Below the pieces are notes generated by a model. The model was given only the letters and a program-made list of their open reading frames with translations, had not been told where the DNA came from and did not search any database. A program made the translations under genes and the position numbers. A DNA stretch of 64,000 nucleotides from Macrostomum hystrix. Taxonomy: Eukaryota; Animalia; Platyhelminthes. The stretch lies in NCBI GenBank assembly GCA_950097015.1, contig CATNEN010000031.1, forward strand, positions 124,001 to 188,000. The letters run 5' to 3'. Shown here one piece after another: positions 12,057 through 24,900 of the stretch (the stretch's first letter is position 1; every line of letters starts with the position of its first letter).

Positions 12057-13375
12057 TGTGTTCACCATTTTAATACAAAATAATATAAATACAACTGAGT
12101 CCAGTTAGAGAAACTCAACCTTGTTTGATACAAAGTTTGCTGACAAAACTCAGAAGTGTTTCTGAATTCTTTATAGAACATACAAAGACAAACTCTAAGA
12201 TAGTTCAAGAGAGAGGAAATGGAAAGTATAGCTGTACACTTGAGATCATTGGTTAAAATTCTTTAGAAAGCCTATTCTCAGAAATACATACAGGTGATAA
12301 AGTAAATTGGCTAGAATAACTAAATATGCTACCTAGAAAAAGTGAATACACTACTAGAATAACTAAGTATTGTAGAGTACAGAATTACGATACTATTTAT
12401 TTTAACCAATCATGCGCTAACTACTCTACTCATCCGCTTAGTAGTATTTTTAGAAAATACAAACCAGAAAACATACAAGTACAGCATGTGATTCATTTTA
12501 CAAAAAAGGAGAATCGAATTAATCAAAAATCATGTGACTACTATTAATAGTATCCAATCAATTTTTATGTCATAAGCAACCAGCAATCCCACCAATCATG
12601 TTACCCAAAATCAATCAAAAGGTCAAGAATGTGATAATCCATCTTTTTGTGCTTCTACTAGTTTAGTTGTAAAAAAGTCTAACCTCTCAAGTTGTCAAGT
12701 ATTGACCCAGACTTTTGACACCATTTTGACACCTGTACTTTAAATGCACTCATCAAACCCGAGAGGGCCCGATTCTCTATAAATACAAGAGCTCCGAGGC
12801 AAGCCCAGATTCAGAGTCTCGCCGAGATGAGCAGAGTCTCACAGAAAAGAGAAAACAGAGAGTGGATTGGACTCCAGGTCCAAGACTTGTGGTAAGAGTT
12901 CCTTGAGTTTTCCTAATTAATTATTTATTTATTAGTAAGGCTTTTCTTGAGCTAAGTTAAACCACTCCGAGTAATTGTTAAACCAACGATTAAAGCATAA
13001 TCACAGACATGTGATAACATTGATTATATTACAAAGGGTGAGCGCCAGACTCGTGGTAAAACCTACCAGGGCTGGTAAGAAGGAACACACTCCACAAATG
13101 ACTATTGGTTAACTGACATCAACAACAAATCAGAATCAAGAAGATACTACACCCGATTACTATTGGCCCAGTGTAACTGCAACCGAGACAAGGAGAATAA
13201 ATTAAATTCTCTTGCATTCAAACAATCCAGGTACCTAAAGGGCAACCAGAAGCCAAGTGCATCAAGCACCCGAAGCCTGCAGCAACCAAAGAGAGAGTGA
13301 GAGACAAGAGAACCACTAAACCAAAGAAGGTAAGATCTACAACTTCTGCTAATTAAGTATTAATTACTTGGGCAC

Positions 13376-13620
13376 CATACATGTGCAACACCTGGCCGAC
13401 CCGGCTGAACTGGCCGGGTGAAACGAGGGCCAAGCAAGGTAAGTTGCAAAAACCAATTGACCAAGTGCAAAAAATCAAAGGGGGGACCAAGGGACAAAAA
13501 GGAAGGCGTGAAGAAAAGGAAAAAGGGGAGAGAAAAAGAGAGCAAATGAGAGCAAACTAAGTTGTAAATAGAGCAAAAACTAAGTCAGCTGGCAAAGATT
13601 TGGGAAGTTGCGCATGTATG
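13376..13620 (-). mobile_element. MITE copy 2 (245 bp), inverted relative to copy 1
   Basis: Reverse complement of copy 1 with a small internal deletion. TIR CATACATG(T/C)GCAAC. Flanks TTGGGCAC / TGGGGCAC (7/8 direct repeat), different from the copy 1 flanks. Confidence 0.75.
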
Positions 13621-14129
13621 TGGGGCACCCAGCAGTTGCTCAAAGTGATAAATTCCTAGAAGAGAAACAGGAACTTATCAATATGATACCAGAAAAAGTA
13701 AATATGCTACCCAGAAATTATTATTTAAATAAAAAATACTAAAGTCTGAATTTATTTGCTATTAATTAATTTCAATAAATTTTCGTGATTAATTAATTTT
13801 TAAATTATTTTATACTAATTTTTTTGTTAAGTTCTATTAATTTGCACTCTGGTGTAAATATGCCACAACCTCCAGGCGATGCTGGTCACCAGGCCAGTGC
13901 TTGTCAGGTAAGGACGATGAGCCACGCACTGCTGTTGCCTGTGCTGCAGCTGCTAACTGCCGCAGGATGGGAAGTTGGCGAGGACAGCAAAGCCCCCAGC
14001 AGCGCATGGAGTATCGTCGGGAATGCAATTGGTGTGGATGACTGAAAGGCCATCTGTTGAGCTGCTGGCAATGCAGAACTGCTGGCCTCTGTCCCTGCTG
14101 CTCTGCCAGGTGGCGACAGGGACCGTGAG

Positions 14130-14400
14130 ACTTACCAACATTGTGTGCTAAAGCTAGCTACATTCAACTGCCATACTTTTAAATCAACCTTCCGAAATAC
14201 TGAGACAGCGGCACCTGCGGCTGGCTGGGCAAGTGATCAGGGCTGAAGTCTACTGCCCTAAGCCACTGCAGGATGTGCTTCTATGGACTCTGCAGGGACC
14301 TTGCAAGTGTGGACAGGGACAATCAGCCCATTTATATTGACCTGCTCTTCTCCGACACATGCGCCCTCAGCCAGACTTACGGAGTGAAGCATGTCTGCAA
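14130..14400 (+). pseudogene. Decayed non-LTR retrotransposon (RTE-like) ORF2 C-terminal fragment
   Basis: Manual translation with stops: TN....QPSEILRQRHLRLAGQVIRAEVYCPKPLQDVLLWTLQGPCKCGQG. This resembles the post-RT 'RRRL.LAGH..R......LL....G.R.RG' motif of RTE-type LINEs. The GC-rich stretch from about 13860 may belong to it. Recognition only, no search run. Confidence 0.5.
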
Positions 14401-16149
14401 ACTAGCCTTTAAGCACGCATTTTGATGCTTCCCCCTTTTCTTAGGCCACTGTGTGGCCAGCAGGTTGACTTTTTTTACTATCTCAGAAACAAATTCTAAG
14501 AAAGCCATACAAAAAATTTGGTAGCATTGAATATTGAATATTGAAATTATTGAGATTCAGATATATTTGGATGCACACAAAAAGGCCATAGGTAGTAAGA
14601 CCCACTCTATAATAAAAAGTATAAAACTTGATAAATGGTAAGAAGGGCAACAGGCTTGATATGCACAACTCATGCACACATATCATCCGAATCCTAATGT
14701 ACATTTTGCACCAAACCCTCCCTATCTAGAGCCATCCTTAGGCAATACCAGAGCCATCCATACCAATCTGAATCTTAGGCTTGCAGACTAGAACATTTTT
14801 TTTCTTTTTGAATGTTGGCTTAGACGTTAGAGACTAGAAACCTGAAAAACCTAGAAACCAAGAAACATAAACCTTAAATTAAGCACTTAGGGCCTATACC
14901 AATGTCTAAAGGCTAAAAATACTCTGACATATATAATAAGTATCCAACAAACTCATAGAGCACACCTTTAGACAAGCTAGGGCCTATAATTAGCAAATCC
15001 TTGGCAAAAAATTTTTAAAACTGAGTTTGAATCTGACACAGATACTTTTGCCTCAAGAATTGATTTTTTTGTTTTCTTAAGTGAAAGTTAAAATTTATAA
15101 TGAAAAATATGCTTGAACCATTGTCATTATGTAATTAAAACATAAAATATTTGATAGAACAAAATGGCAGCAGTAAAAAAGTAACAAAATGTATTAAAAA
15201 TTTATAAATATAGGCCTATTATACAGAAATATAATTTATGTTCCTAGGGTTCATATAAACACTAAAACAGGACTATAATGGACTACAGTGGGACCAACCC
15301 AAGGTAGTCATTTTTTAATTTCTTTTTTTTAATCACATTGGGAGCTTTAGGGCTACTGATAGGCCTATTAAGTTACAATTCATTTTAATTATGGCCCTAA
15401 CTTATTTTAGAAAGCCTAAACACTCAGAAAAAATGAAAATTAGTTCCACACAAAAAGCAGCTAGGCAGCTTAGAAACTTTGTCCGACTCGGAATATTCCG
15501 ACACTTATTCCGACATCGTAGGTTAATGTACGAGCGCTACATTACCTGTCAGAATATTCCGACAGTTAGGCCTATTCCGACTCGAAATTGCATGCATACA
15601 TCTAATGAGCTCTCAGACAGTTATTCCGATTCGAAATTAACTGTGGGAATATGACAATCAGACAATGATTCCGACAGGTAGCGCAATGAAAATGACGCCT
15701 GCGCACAACACTGCCGACGGCCTCGTTTTTCGGTGCAAACCAACAATACGTCTCCGTTTGGTGCCCATGAAAAACGCGTATCCATCCGGAAATTCTCATT
15801 CTTCGAAGGATCAAAGTTGAATCCGATGGACATCGTAGGCTTCATCACACATTATCTGCTCGGTGTGTCGCAAAAGTGAGTAAAGTCGGTTTACGATCAT
15901 TTAAATGGCAGAAATACATTTAAATGATCGTGAACCAAAGGGAGGGGGTTTTGGTGTAAGTAGTAGCAGTAAACCGAAATTGATCACTATCGGGATACAC
16001 ACTACCTTCGGTTTACGATCATTTACATACAGATTCTCCATTCATATGATCGTAAACCGAAGCTGAGGGGGGTAGTGGAGATGTAATAGTATACTAATTC
16101 ATTTGTTTTCATCCACAGATCTCTGCAGACGATTACGGAGTCGAGTCGG

Positions 16150-16544
16150 AAAAATAAGCTGCCGTACAGTGGTCGAACTATTGTCGTGACATTATGTGCG
16201 AATGGTTTAAAAGTCAACGAGACAGCATCATGATTGGTGGCGTCGGTCACACCGTCGAAATCGACGAAAGTCTCTTCGGACCCAAAATGAAGTACAACAA
16301 AGGTGCCCGAAAAGGCTGTCAGATATGGGTCTTCGGAATGGTTGACCACGATGACGGACGCTGCATCATTTGGCCTGTAGTTGACAGATCGGCCGAAACA
16401 CTTCTACCGCTCATTCAAGAGTTTGTGCAGCCCGGAACGGCGATTTACAGTGACAGATGGGCAGCTTACTTGAAAGTGGAAGAGATGGGTTACACCCATA
16501 TTGGACCGTGTCACACAAGGACACTTTGTGACGATAATTCGTAA
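16150..16544 (+). pseudogene. Merlin / IS1595 (ISXO2-like) DDE transposase fragment, truncated and frameshifted
   Basis: VQWSNYCRDIMCEW...IGGVGHTVEIDESLFG...KY.KG....WVFGMV...DRSAETLLPLIQEFVQPGTAIYSDRWAAY....MGYTH matches the Merlin/IS1595 core. The expected VNHS.NFV motif is disrupted and the third catalytic region is absent. Confidence 0.85.
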
Positions 16545-16576
16545 TTCTGAGAAGCGTGAGGTGCACATCGAACCCC

Positions 16577-16643
16577 ATACCCCTGGCTTCCCCCTGGACC
16601 CCTGGCTTCCCCTTAGACCCCTGGCTTCCCTCTGGACCCCTGT
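16577..16643 (+). repeat. 19-bp tandem repeat cluster (CCCCTGGCTTCCCTCTGGA-like), about 3-4 copies
   Basis: Read directly; reverse complement of the cluster at 17183..17458. Confidence 0.8.
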
Positions 16644-17182
16644 TTTTCCTATTGACATCTTGGCTACCCTCTTTCCTAAAGAACTTGTGTATGAATCACT
16701 CAAATAATCTTTCAACCTTCGCCTAGTCGACTAAAAAACTTGGTTATATTAATTTGATAACTTGATAAAATAATATTACTCCTGGAAGTAGAATATGTAT
16801 ATAAAGTATATATAGTATATAGTATAACAGATAGTGTTGAATATATCATTTTTATTTACTACACCAGTATACCCAAGCTTTCTACCCCAAGTCAGCCTTT
16901 CTACTCCAACTCAGCCCTGGCTATCTAAAACCTTTCCATGCCTAACCATGCCTAACAATGCCTCCCATTTCGTGAACTGCTGAACATGATAAAAATTACT
17001 ACCAAACAGATTTCAGCTCTGCCATGCAGAGGCGTGTTCCGCGCTATCATGTAAAAAGGATTCACGGAGAGGGATCTTTCGACCTTCTTTTATCAAAGAA
17101 GTCGAAGTCTTCTGGAGCATCATCGAGTTTCAGACGTGGCGATTCCAAAATTTCTACTGGCGTTCCTCATGATAGTCATGAG

Positions 17183-17458
17183 GGGTCCAGGGTGAAGCCA
17201 GGGGTCAGGAGGGAAGCCAGGGGTTGGGAGGGAAGCCAGGAGTTGGAAGGGAAGCCAGGATCGTTGGAAGGGAAGCCAGGGGTTGGGAGGGAAGCCAGGA
17301 GTTGGGAGGGAAGCCAGGGGTTGGGAGGGAAGCCAGGGGTCCAGAGGGAAGCCAGGGATCCAGAGTGAAGCCAGGGGTCAGGAGGGAAGCCAGGGGTCCA
17401 GAGGGAAGCCTGGGGTTGGGAGGGAAGCCAGGGGTCAGGAAGGAAGCCAGGGCTCAGG
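17183..17458 (-). repeat. 19-bp tandem repeat cluster (GGGAAGCCAGGGGTTGGGA-like), about 14 copies, inverted relative to 16577..16643
   Basis: Read directly; explains the GKPG/PWLP pseudo-ORFs. Confidence 0.85.
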
Positions 17459-17659
17459 AAGGTCGTCATTCTCCTCTTGTGAAGTTCTTTAGGTCGCTTC
17501 ACAAACCTAAAAGTCTAGTCTATGCACAATGGTAAGTTGTCTATATGGTTTCAGAGTTAGACAACGCTCAATTACCACGAGTGGCGAAGCCACGAGTGGA
17601 TTTGAGCGTTGTCTATGATGAAACCATATACACAATATTATTGTCTTATTGGCCAAGCC

Positions 17660-17972
17660 TACTCACGTAGCCTGTGACAATCGTGCATTGCCACATATGT
17701 GGCAATGCATGTCTATTTTAAAAAACTGGCGTGCTTTAGTTTAAAGAAAAGAAATAGACAATCTGATCTCTTTACCATAGACATGCAAATGCTCGATCTA
17801 GAGCTAGACTTAAAGACTTTAAAAAAAGATTTATCAGTTAGTAGTAGAGACGAAGAAACTTGTTCAGCATTATCATTTGAAGAAATGGTGAAAATCGGTT
17901 GCGCCGTTCGGGAGAAAATCAATTACAAGCAAGCAAGCAAGCAAGCAAGATTTTCATTTTTAGTATATTAGA
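17660..17972 (-). mobile_element. Short family-A-like Helitron 5' module fused head-to-tail to element A2
   Basis: 17881..17972 matches the A1 5' end (AGAAATGGTGAAAATCGGTTG.GCCGTTCGGGAGAAAATCAATTACAAG-microsatellite-TTTCATTTTTAGTATATTAGA). It joins directly to CTAG at 17973, giving a CTAG|TC junction on the minus strand. Left boundary uncertain; a 26-bp perfect palindrome at 17684..17709 is a candidate 3' hairpin. Confidence 0.6.
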
Positions 17973-18066
17973 CTAGCAAGTTTTGCCCCCCTTTGGGGAG
18001 CAGAAATATTTTTAATTCGTCTAGTATATACATTTTAGCAGCTGAATTTACAGCTTTTTAAAGCTA

Positions 18067-18995
18067 CAATGATCCCCCAGTTGACAATGATCAACCAGTT
18101 GACAATGATCCCCCAGTTGACAATGATCCCCCAGTCGACAATGATCAACCAGTTGACAATGATCCCCTAATTGATGATGATCACCCAGTTGACAATGATC
18201 GCCCACTTGACAAAGATCCCATAGTTGACAATGAACCCCCAGTTGACAAGGATCCCCCAGTTGATGATGACTCCCCATAGATGATGATCCCCAGTTGACA
18301 ATGATCCCCCAGTTGACAATGATCCCCCAGTTGACAATGATCCCCCAGTTGACAATGATACCCCAGTTGACAATGATCCCCCAGGTGATGAGGAACCCCC
18401 AGTTGACAATGATCCCCCAGTTGACAATGATCCCCCAGTTGACAATGATCCCCCAGTCGACAATTATCTCTTAGTTGACTATGATCCCCCATTCGATGAT
18501 GACTCCCAATTGATGATGATCCCCACTTGACCATGACAATGATCCCCAAGTTGACAATGATCTCCCAGTTGACAATAATCCCCCAATTGATGATGATCAC
18601 GCAGTTGACAATGATCCCCCAGTTAATGATGACTCTCCATTGATGATGATCCCCAGTTGACAATGTTCCCCCAGTTGACAATGTTCCCACAGTTGACAAT
18701 GATCCCCCAGTTGATGATGATCACGCAGTTGACAATGATCCCCCAGTTGACAATGATCCCCCAGTTGACAATGATCTCCCAGTTGACAATGATCCCCCAG
18801 TCGACAATTATCTCTCAGTTGACTATGATCCCCCATTTGATGATGACTCCCAATTGATGATGATCCCCAGTTGACCATGATCCCCCATTTGATGATAATT
18901 CCCCAGTTGATAATTATCCCCCAGTTGACAATTGTCCCCCAGTTGACAATGATCCTCCAGTTGACAATGATCCCCCAGTTGACAATTATCCCCCA
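18067..18995. repeat. 18-bp tandem repeat, second array (about 50 copies)
   Basis: Same consensus as 6884..8645. Ends approximate. Confidence 0.95.
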
Positions 18996-21900
18996 GTTCT
19001 GGTTTAGCCATGATTCAAACGCTGGTTTAGCCATGATTCAAACGCTGGTTTAGCCATGATTCTAACTCTTGTTTAGCCATGATTCAAGCTCTGGTTTAGC
19101 CATGATTCAAGCTCTGGTTCAGCCATGATTCAGACTTTGGGTTAGCGATGATTCAAACTCTGGTTTAGCCATGATTCAAGCTCTGGTTTAGCCATGATTC
19201 AAACTCAGGTTTAGCCATGATTCAAGCTCTGGTTTAGCCATGATTCAGACTCTGGTTTAGCCATGATTCAAACGCTTGGTTAGCCATGATTCAACTCTGG
19301 TTTACCCATGATTCAAACTCTGGTTTAGCCATGATTCAAACTCTGGTTTAGCCATGATTCAAACTTTAGTTTAGCCATGATTCCAGCTCTGGTTTAGTCA
19401 TGATTCAAGCTCTGGTTTAGCCATGATTCAGACTCTGGTTTAGCCATGATTCAAACGCTTGGTTAGCTATGATTCAAACTCTGGTTTAGCCATGATTCAA
19501 ACTCCGGTTTAGCCATGATTCAAGCTCTGGTTTAGCGATCATTCAAACTCTGGTTTAGCCATGATTCAAACTCTGGTTTAGCCATGATTCAAGCTCTGGT
19601 TTAGCCATGATTCAAACTCCGGTTTAGCCATGATTCAAGCTCTGGTTTAGCCATGATTCAAACGCTGGTTTAGCCATGATTCAAACTCTGGTTTAGCCAT
19701 GATTCAAACTCCGGTTTAGCCATGATTCAAACTCAGGTTTACCCATGATTCAAACTCTGGTTTAGCCATGATTCAAACTCAGGTTTACCCATGATTCAAA
19801 CTCTGGTTTAGCCATGATTCAAGCTCTGGTTTAGCCATGATTCAGACGCTGGTTTAGCCATGATTCAAGCTCTGGTTTAGCCATGATTCAAACTCTGGTT
19901 TAGCCATGATTCAAGCTCTGGTTTAGCCATGATTCAGACTCTGGTTTAGCCATGATTAAAACGCTTGGTTAGTTATGATTCAAACTCTGGTTTAGCCGTG
20001 ATTCAAACTCTGGTTTAGCCATGATTCAAACTCCGGTTTAGCCATGATTCAAACTCTGGTTTAGCCATGATTCAGACTGTGGTTTAGCCATGATTTAGAC
20101 TCTGGTTTGGCCATGATTCAAGCTCTGGTTTAGCCATGATTCAGACGCTGGTTTAGCCATGATTCAAACGCTTGGTTAGCTATGATTCAAACTCTGGTTT
20201 AGCCATGATTCAAACTATGGTTTAGCCATGATTCAAGCTCTGGTTTAGCCATGATTCAAACTCTGGTTTAGCCATGATTCAAGCTCTGGTTTAGCCATGA
20301 TTCAGACTCTGGTTTAGCCATGATTCAAGCTCTGGTTTAGCCATGATTCAGACTCTGGTTTAGCCATGATTCAAACGCTTGGTTAGAGCTATGATTCAAA
20401 CTCTGGTTTAGCCATGATTCAAACTCTGGTTTAGCCATGATTCAAGCTCTGGTTTAGCCATGATTCAGACTCTGGTTTAGCCATGATTAAAACGCTTGGT
20501 TAGTTATGATTCAAACTCTGGTTTAGCCATGATTCAAACTCTGGTTTAGCCATGATTCAAACTCCGGTTTAGCCATGATTCAAACTCAGGTTTACCCATG
20601 ATTCAAACTCTGGTTTAGCCATGATTCAGACTGTGGTTTAGCCATGATTCAGACTCTGGTTTGGCCATGATTCAAGCTCTGGTTTAGCCATGATTCAGAC
20701 GCTGGTTTAGCCATGATTCAAACGCTTGGTTAGCCATGATTCAAACTCTGGTTTAGCCATGATTTAATCTCTGGTTTAGCCATGATTCAAACTCCGGTTT
20801 AGCCATGATTGAATCTCTGGTTTAGCCATGATTCAAACTCCGGTTTAGCCATGATTCAAGCTCTGGTTTAGCCATGATTCAAGCTCTGGTTTATCCATGA
20901 TTCAAACTCCGGTTTAGCCATGATTCAAACTCTGGTTTAGCCATGATTCAAACGCTTGGTTAGCTATGATTCAAACTCTGGTTTAGCCATGATTCAAACT
21001 CTGGTTTAGCCATGAATTAAACTCCGGTTTAGCCATGAATAAAACTCTGGTTTAGCCATGATTCAGTCTCTGGTTTGGCCATGATTCAAACTCTGGTTTA
21101 GCCATGATTCAGACGCTGGTTTAGCCATGATTCAAGCTCTGGTTTAGCCATGATTCAGACTCTGGTTTAGCCATGATTCAAACGCTTCGTTAGCTATGAT
21201 TCAAACTCTGGTTTAGCCATGATTCAAGCTCTGGTTTAGCCATGATTCAAACTCTGGTTTAGCCATGATTCAAGCTCTGGTTTAGCCAAGATTCAGACTC
21301 TGGTTTAGCCATGATTCAAACGCTTGGTTAGAGCTATGATTCAAACTCTGGTTTAGCCATGATTCAAACTCTGGTTTAGCCATGATTCAAGCTCTGGTTT
21401 AGCCATGATTCAGACTCTGGTTTAGCCATGATTAAAACGCTTGGTTAGTTATGATTCAAACTCTGGTTTAGCCATGATTCAAACTCTGGTTTAGCCATGA
21501 TTCAAACTCCGGTTTAGCCATGATTCAAACTCAGGTTTACCCATGATTCAAACTCTGGTTTAGCCATGATTCAGACTGTGGTTTAGCCATGATTCAGACT
21601 CTGGTTTAGCCATGATTCAAACGCTTGGTTAGCTATGATTCAAACTCTGGTTTAGCCATGAATAAAACTCTGGTTTAGCCATGATTCAGTCTCTGGTTTG
21701 GCCATGATTCAAACTCTGGTTTAGCCATGATTCAGACGCTGGTTTAGCCATGATTCAAGCTCTGGTTTAGCCATGATTCAGACTCTGGTTTAGCCATGAT
21801 TAAAACGCTTGGTTAGTTATGATTCAAACTCTGGTTTAGCCATGATTCAAACTCTGGTTTAGCCATGATTCAAACTCCGGTTTAGCCATGATTCAAACTC

Positions 21901-24900
21901 AGGTTTACCCATGATTCAAACTCTGGTTTAGCCATGATTCAGACTGTGGTTTAGCCATGATTCAAACTCAGGTTTACCCATGATTCAAACTCTGGTTTAG
22001 CCATGATTCAAACGCTTGGTTAGCTATGATTCAAACTCTGGTTTAGCCATGATTCAAACTATGGTTTAGCCATGATTCAAGCTCTGGTTTAGCCATGATT
22101 CAAACTCTGGTTTAGCCATGATTCAAGCTCTGGTTTAGCCATGATTCAGACTCTGGTTTAGCCATGATTCAAGCTCTGGTTTAGCCATGATTCAGACTCT
22201 GGTTTAGCCATGATTCAAACGCTTGGTTAGAGCTATGATTCAAACTCTGGTTTAGCCATGATTCAAACTCTGGTTTAGCCATGATTCAAGCTCTGGTTTA
22301 GCCATGATTCAGACTCTGGTTTAGCCATGATTAAAACGCTTGGTTAGTTATGATTCAAACTCTGGTTTAGCCATGATTCAAACTCTGGTTTAGCCATGAT
22401 TCAAACTCCGGTTTAGCCATGATTCAAACTCAGGTTTACCCATGATTCAAACTCTGGTTTAGCCATGATTCAGACTGTGGTTTAGCCATGATTCAGACTC
22501 TGGTTTGGCCATGATTCAAGCTCTGGTTTAGCCATGATTCAGACGCTGGTTTAGCCATGATTCAAACGCTTGGTTAGCCATGATTCAAACTCTGGTTTAG
22601 CCATGATTTAATCTCTGGTTTAGCCATGATTCAAACTCCGGTTTAGCCATGATTGAATCTCTGGTTTAGCCATGATTCAAACTCCGGTTTAGCCATGATT
22701 CAAGCTCTGGTTTAGCCATGATTCAAGCTCTGGTTTATCCATGATTCAAACTCCGGTTTAGCCATGATTCAAACTCTGGTTTAGCCATGATTCAAACGCT
22801 TGGTTAGCTATGATTCAAACTCTGGTTTAGCCATGATTCAAACTCTGGTTTAGCCATGAATTAAACTCCGGTTTAGCCATGAATAAAACTCTGGTTTAGC
22901 CATGATTCAGTCTCTGGTTTGGCCATGATTCAAACTCTGGTTTAGCCATGATTCAGACGCTGGTTTAGCCATGATTCAAGCTCTGGTTTAGCCATGATTC
23001 AGACTCTGGTTTAGCCATGATTCAAACGCTTCGTTAGCTATGATTCAAACTCTGGTTTAGCCATGATTCAAGCTCTGGTTTAGCCATGATTCAAACTCTG
23101 GTTTAGCCATGATTCAAGCTCTGGTTTAGCCATGATTCAGACTCTGGTTTAGCCATGATTCAAACGCTTGGTTAGAGCTATGATTCAAACTCTGGTTTAG
23201 CCATGATTCAAACTCTGGTTTAGCCATGATTCAAGCTCTGGTTTAGCCATGATTCAGACTCTGGTTTAGCCATGATTAAAACGCTTGGTTAGTTATGATT
23301 CAAACTCTGGTTTAGCCATGATTCAAACTCTGGTTTAGCCATGATTCAAACTCCGGTTTAGCCATGATTCAAACTCAGGTTTACCCATGATTCAAACTCT
23401 GGTTTAGCCATGATTCAAACGCTTGGTTAGCTATGATTCAAACTCTGGTTTAGCCATGAATAAAACTCTGGTTTAGCCATGATTCAGTCTCTGGTTTGGC
23501 CATGATTCAAACTCTGGTTTAGCCATGATTCAGACGCTGGTTTAGCCATGATTCAAGCTCTGGTTTAGCCATGATTCAGACTCTGGTTTAGCCATGATTA
23601 AAACGCTTGGTTAGTTATGATTCAAACTCTGGTTTAGCCATGATTCAAACTCTGGTTTAGCCATGATTCAAACTCCGGTTTAGCCATGATTCAAACTCAG
23701 GTTTACCCATGATTCAAACTCTGGTTTAGCCATGATTCAGACTGTGGTTTAGCCATGATTCAAACTCAGGTTTACCCATGATTCAAACTCTGGTTTAGCC
23801 ATGATTCAGACTGTGGTTTAGCCATGATTCAGACTCTGGTTTAGCCATGATTCAAGCTCTGGTTTAGCCATGATTCAAACTCTGGTTTAGCCATGATTCA
23901 AGCTCTGGTTTAGCCATGATTCAGACTCTGGTTTAGCCATGATTCAAGCTCTGGTTTAGCCATGATTCAGACTCTGGTTTAGCCATGATTCAAACGCTTG
24001 GTTAGAGCTATGATTCAAACTCTGGTTTAGCCATGATTCAAACTCTGGTTTAGCCATGATTCAAGCTCTGGTTTAGCCATGATTCAAACTCTGGTTTAGC
24101 CATGATTCAAGCTCTGGTTTAGCCATGATTCAGACTCTGGTTTAGCCATGATTCAAGCTCTGGTTTAGCCATGATTCAGACTCTGGTTTAGCCATGATTC
24201 AAACGCTTGGTTAGAGCTATGATTCAAACTCTGGTTTAGCCATGATTCAAACTCTGGTTTAGCCATGATTCAAACTCTGGTTTAGCCATGATTCAAGCTC
24301 TGGTTTAGCCATGATTCAGACTCTGGTTTAGCCATGATTAAAACGCTTGGTTAGTTATGATTCAAACTCTGGTTTAGCCATGATTCAAACTCTGGTTTAG
24401 CCATGATTCAAACTCCGGTTTAGCCATGATTCAAACTCAGGTTTACCCATGATTCAAACTCTGGTTTAGCCATGATTCAGACTGTGGTTTAGCCATGATT
24501 CAGACTCTGGTTTGGCCATGATTCAAGCTCTGGTTTAGCCATGATCCAGACGCTGGTTTAGCGATGATTCAAACGCTTGGTTAGCCATGATTCAAACTCT
24601 GGTTTAGCCATGATTGAATCTCTGGTTTAGCCATGATTCAAACTCCGGTTTAGCCATGATTGAATCTCTGGTTTAGCCATGATTCAAACTCCGGTTTAGC
24701 CATGATTCAGACTTTGGGTTAGCGATGATTCAAACTCTGGTTTAGCCATGATTCAAGCTCTGGTTTAGCCATCATTCAAACTCTGGTTTAGCCATGAATT
24801 AAACTCCGGTTTAGCCATGAATAAAACTCTGGTTTAGCCATGATTCAGTCTCTGGTTTGGCCATGATTCAAACTCTGGTTTAGCCATGATTCAGACGCTG

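Noticed and set aside
11785-13620. Composite transposon formed by the inverted MITE pair
   Set aside because: Each copy has its own distinct flanking direct repeat, indicating two independent insertions; no shared outer TSD.
17024-17535. Collagen-like or low-complexity proteins (GKPG, PWLP ORFs)
   Set aside because: Derived from the 19-bp repeat, which shifts frame each unit; no Gly-X-Y periodicity.
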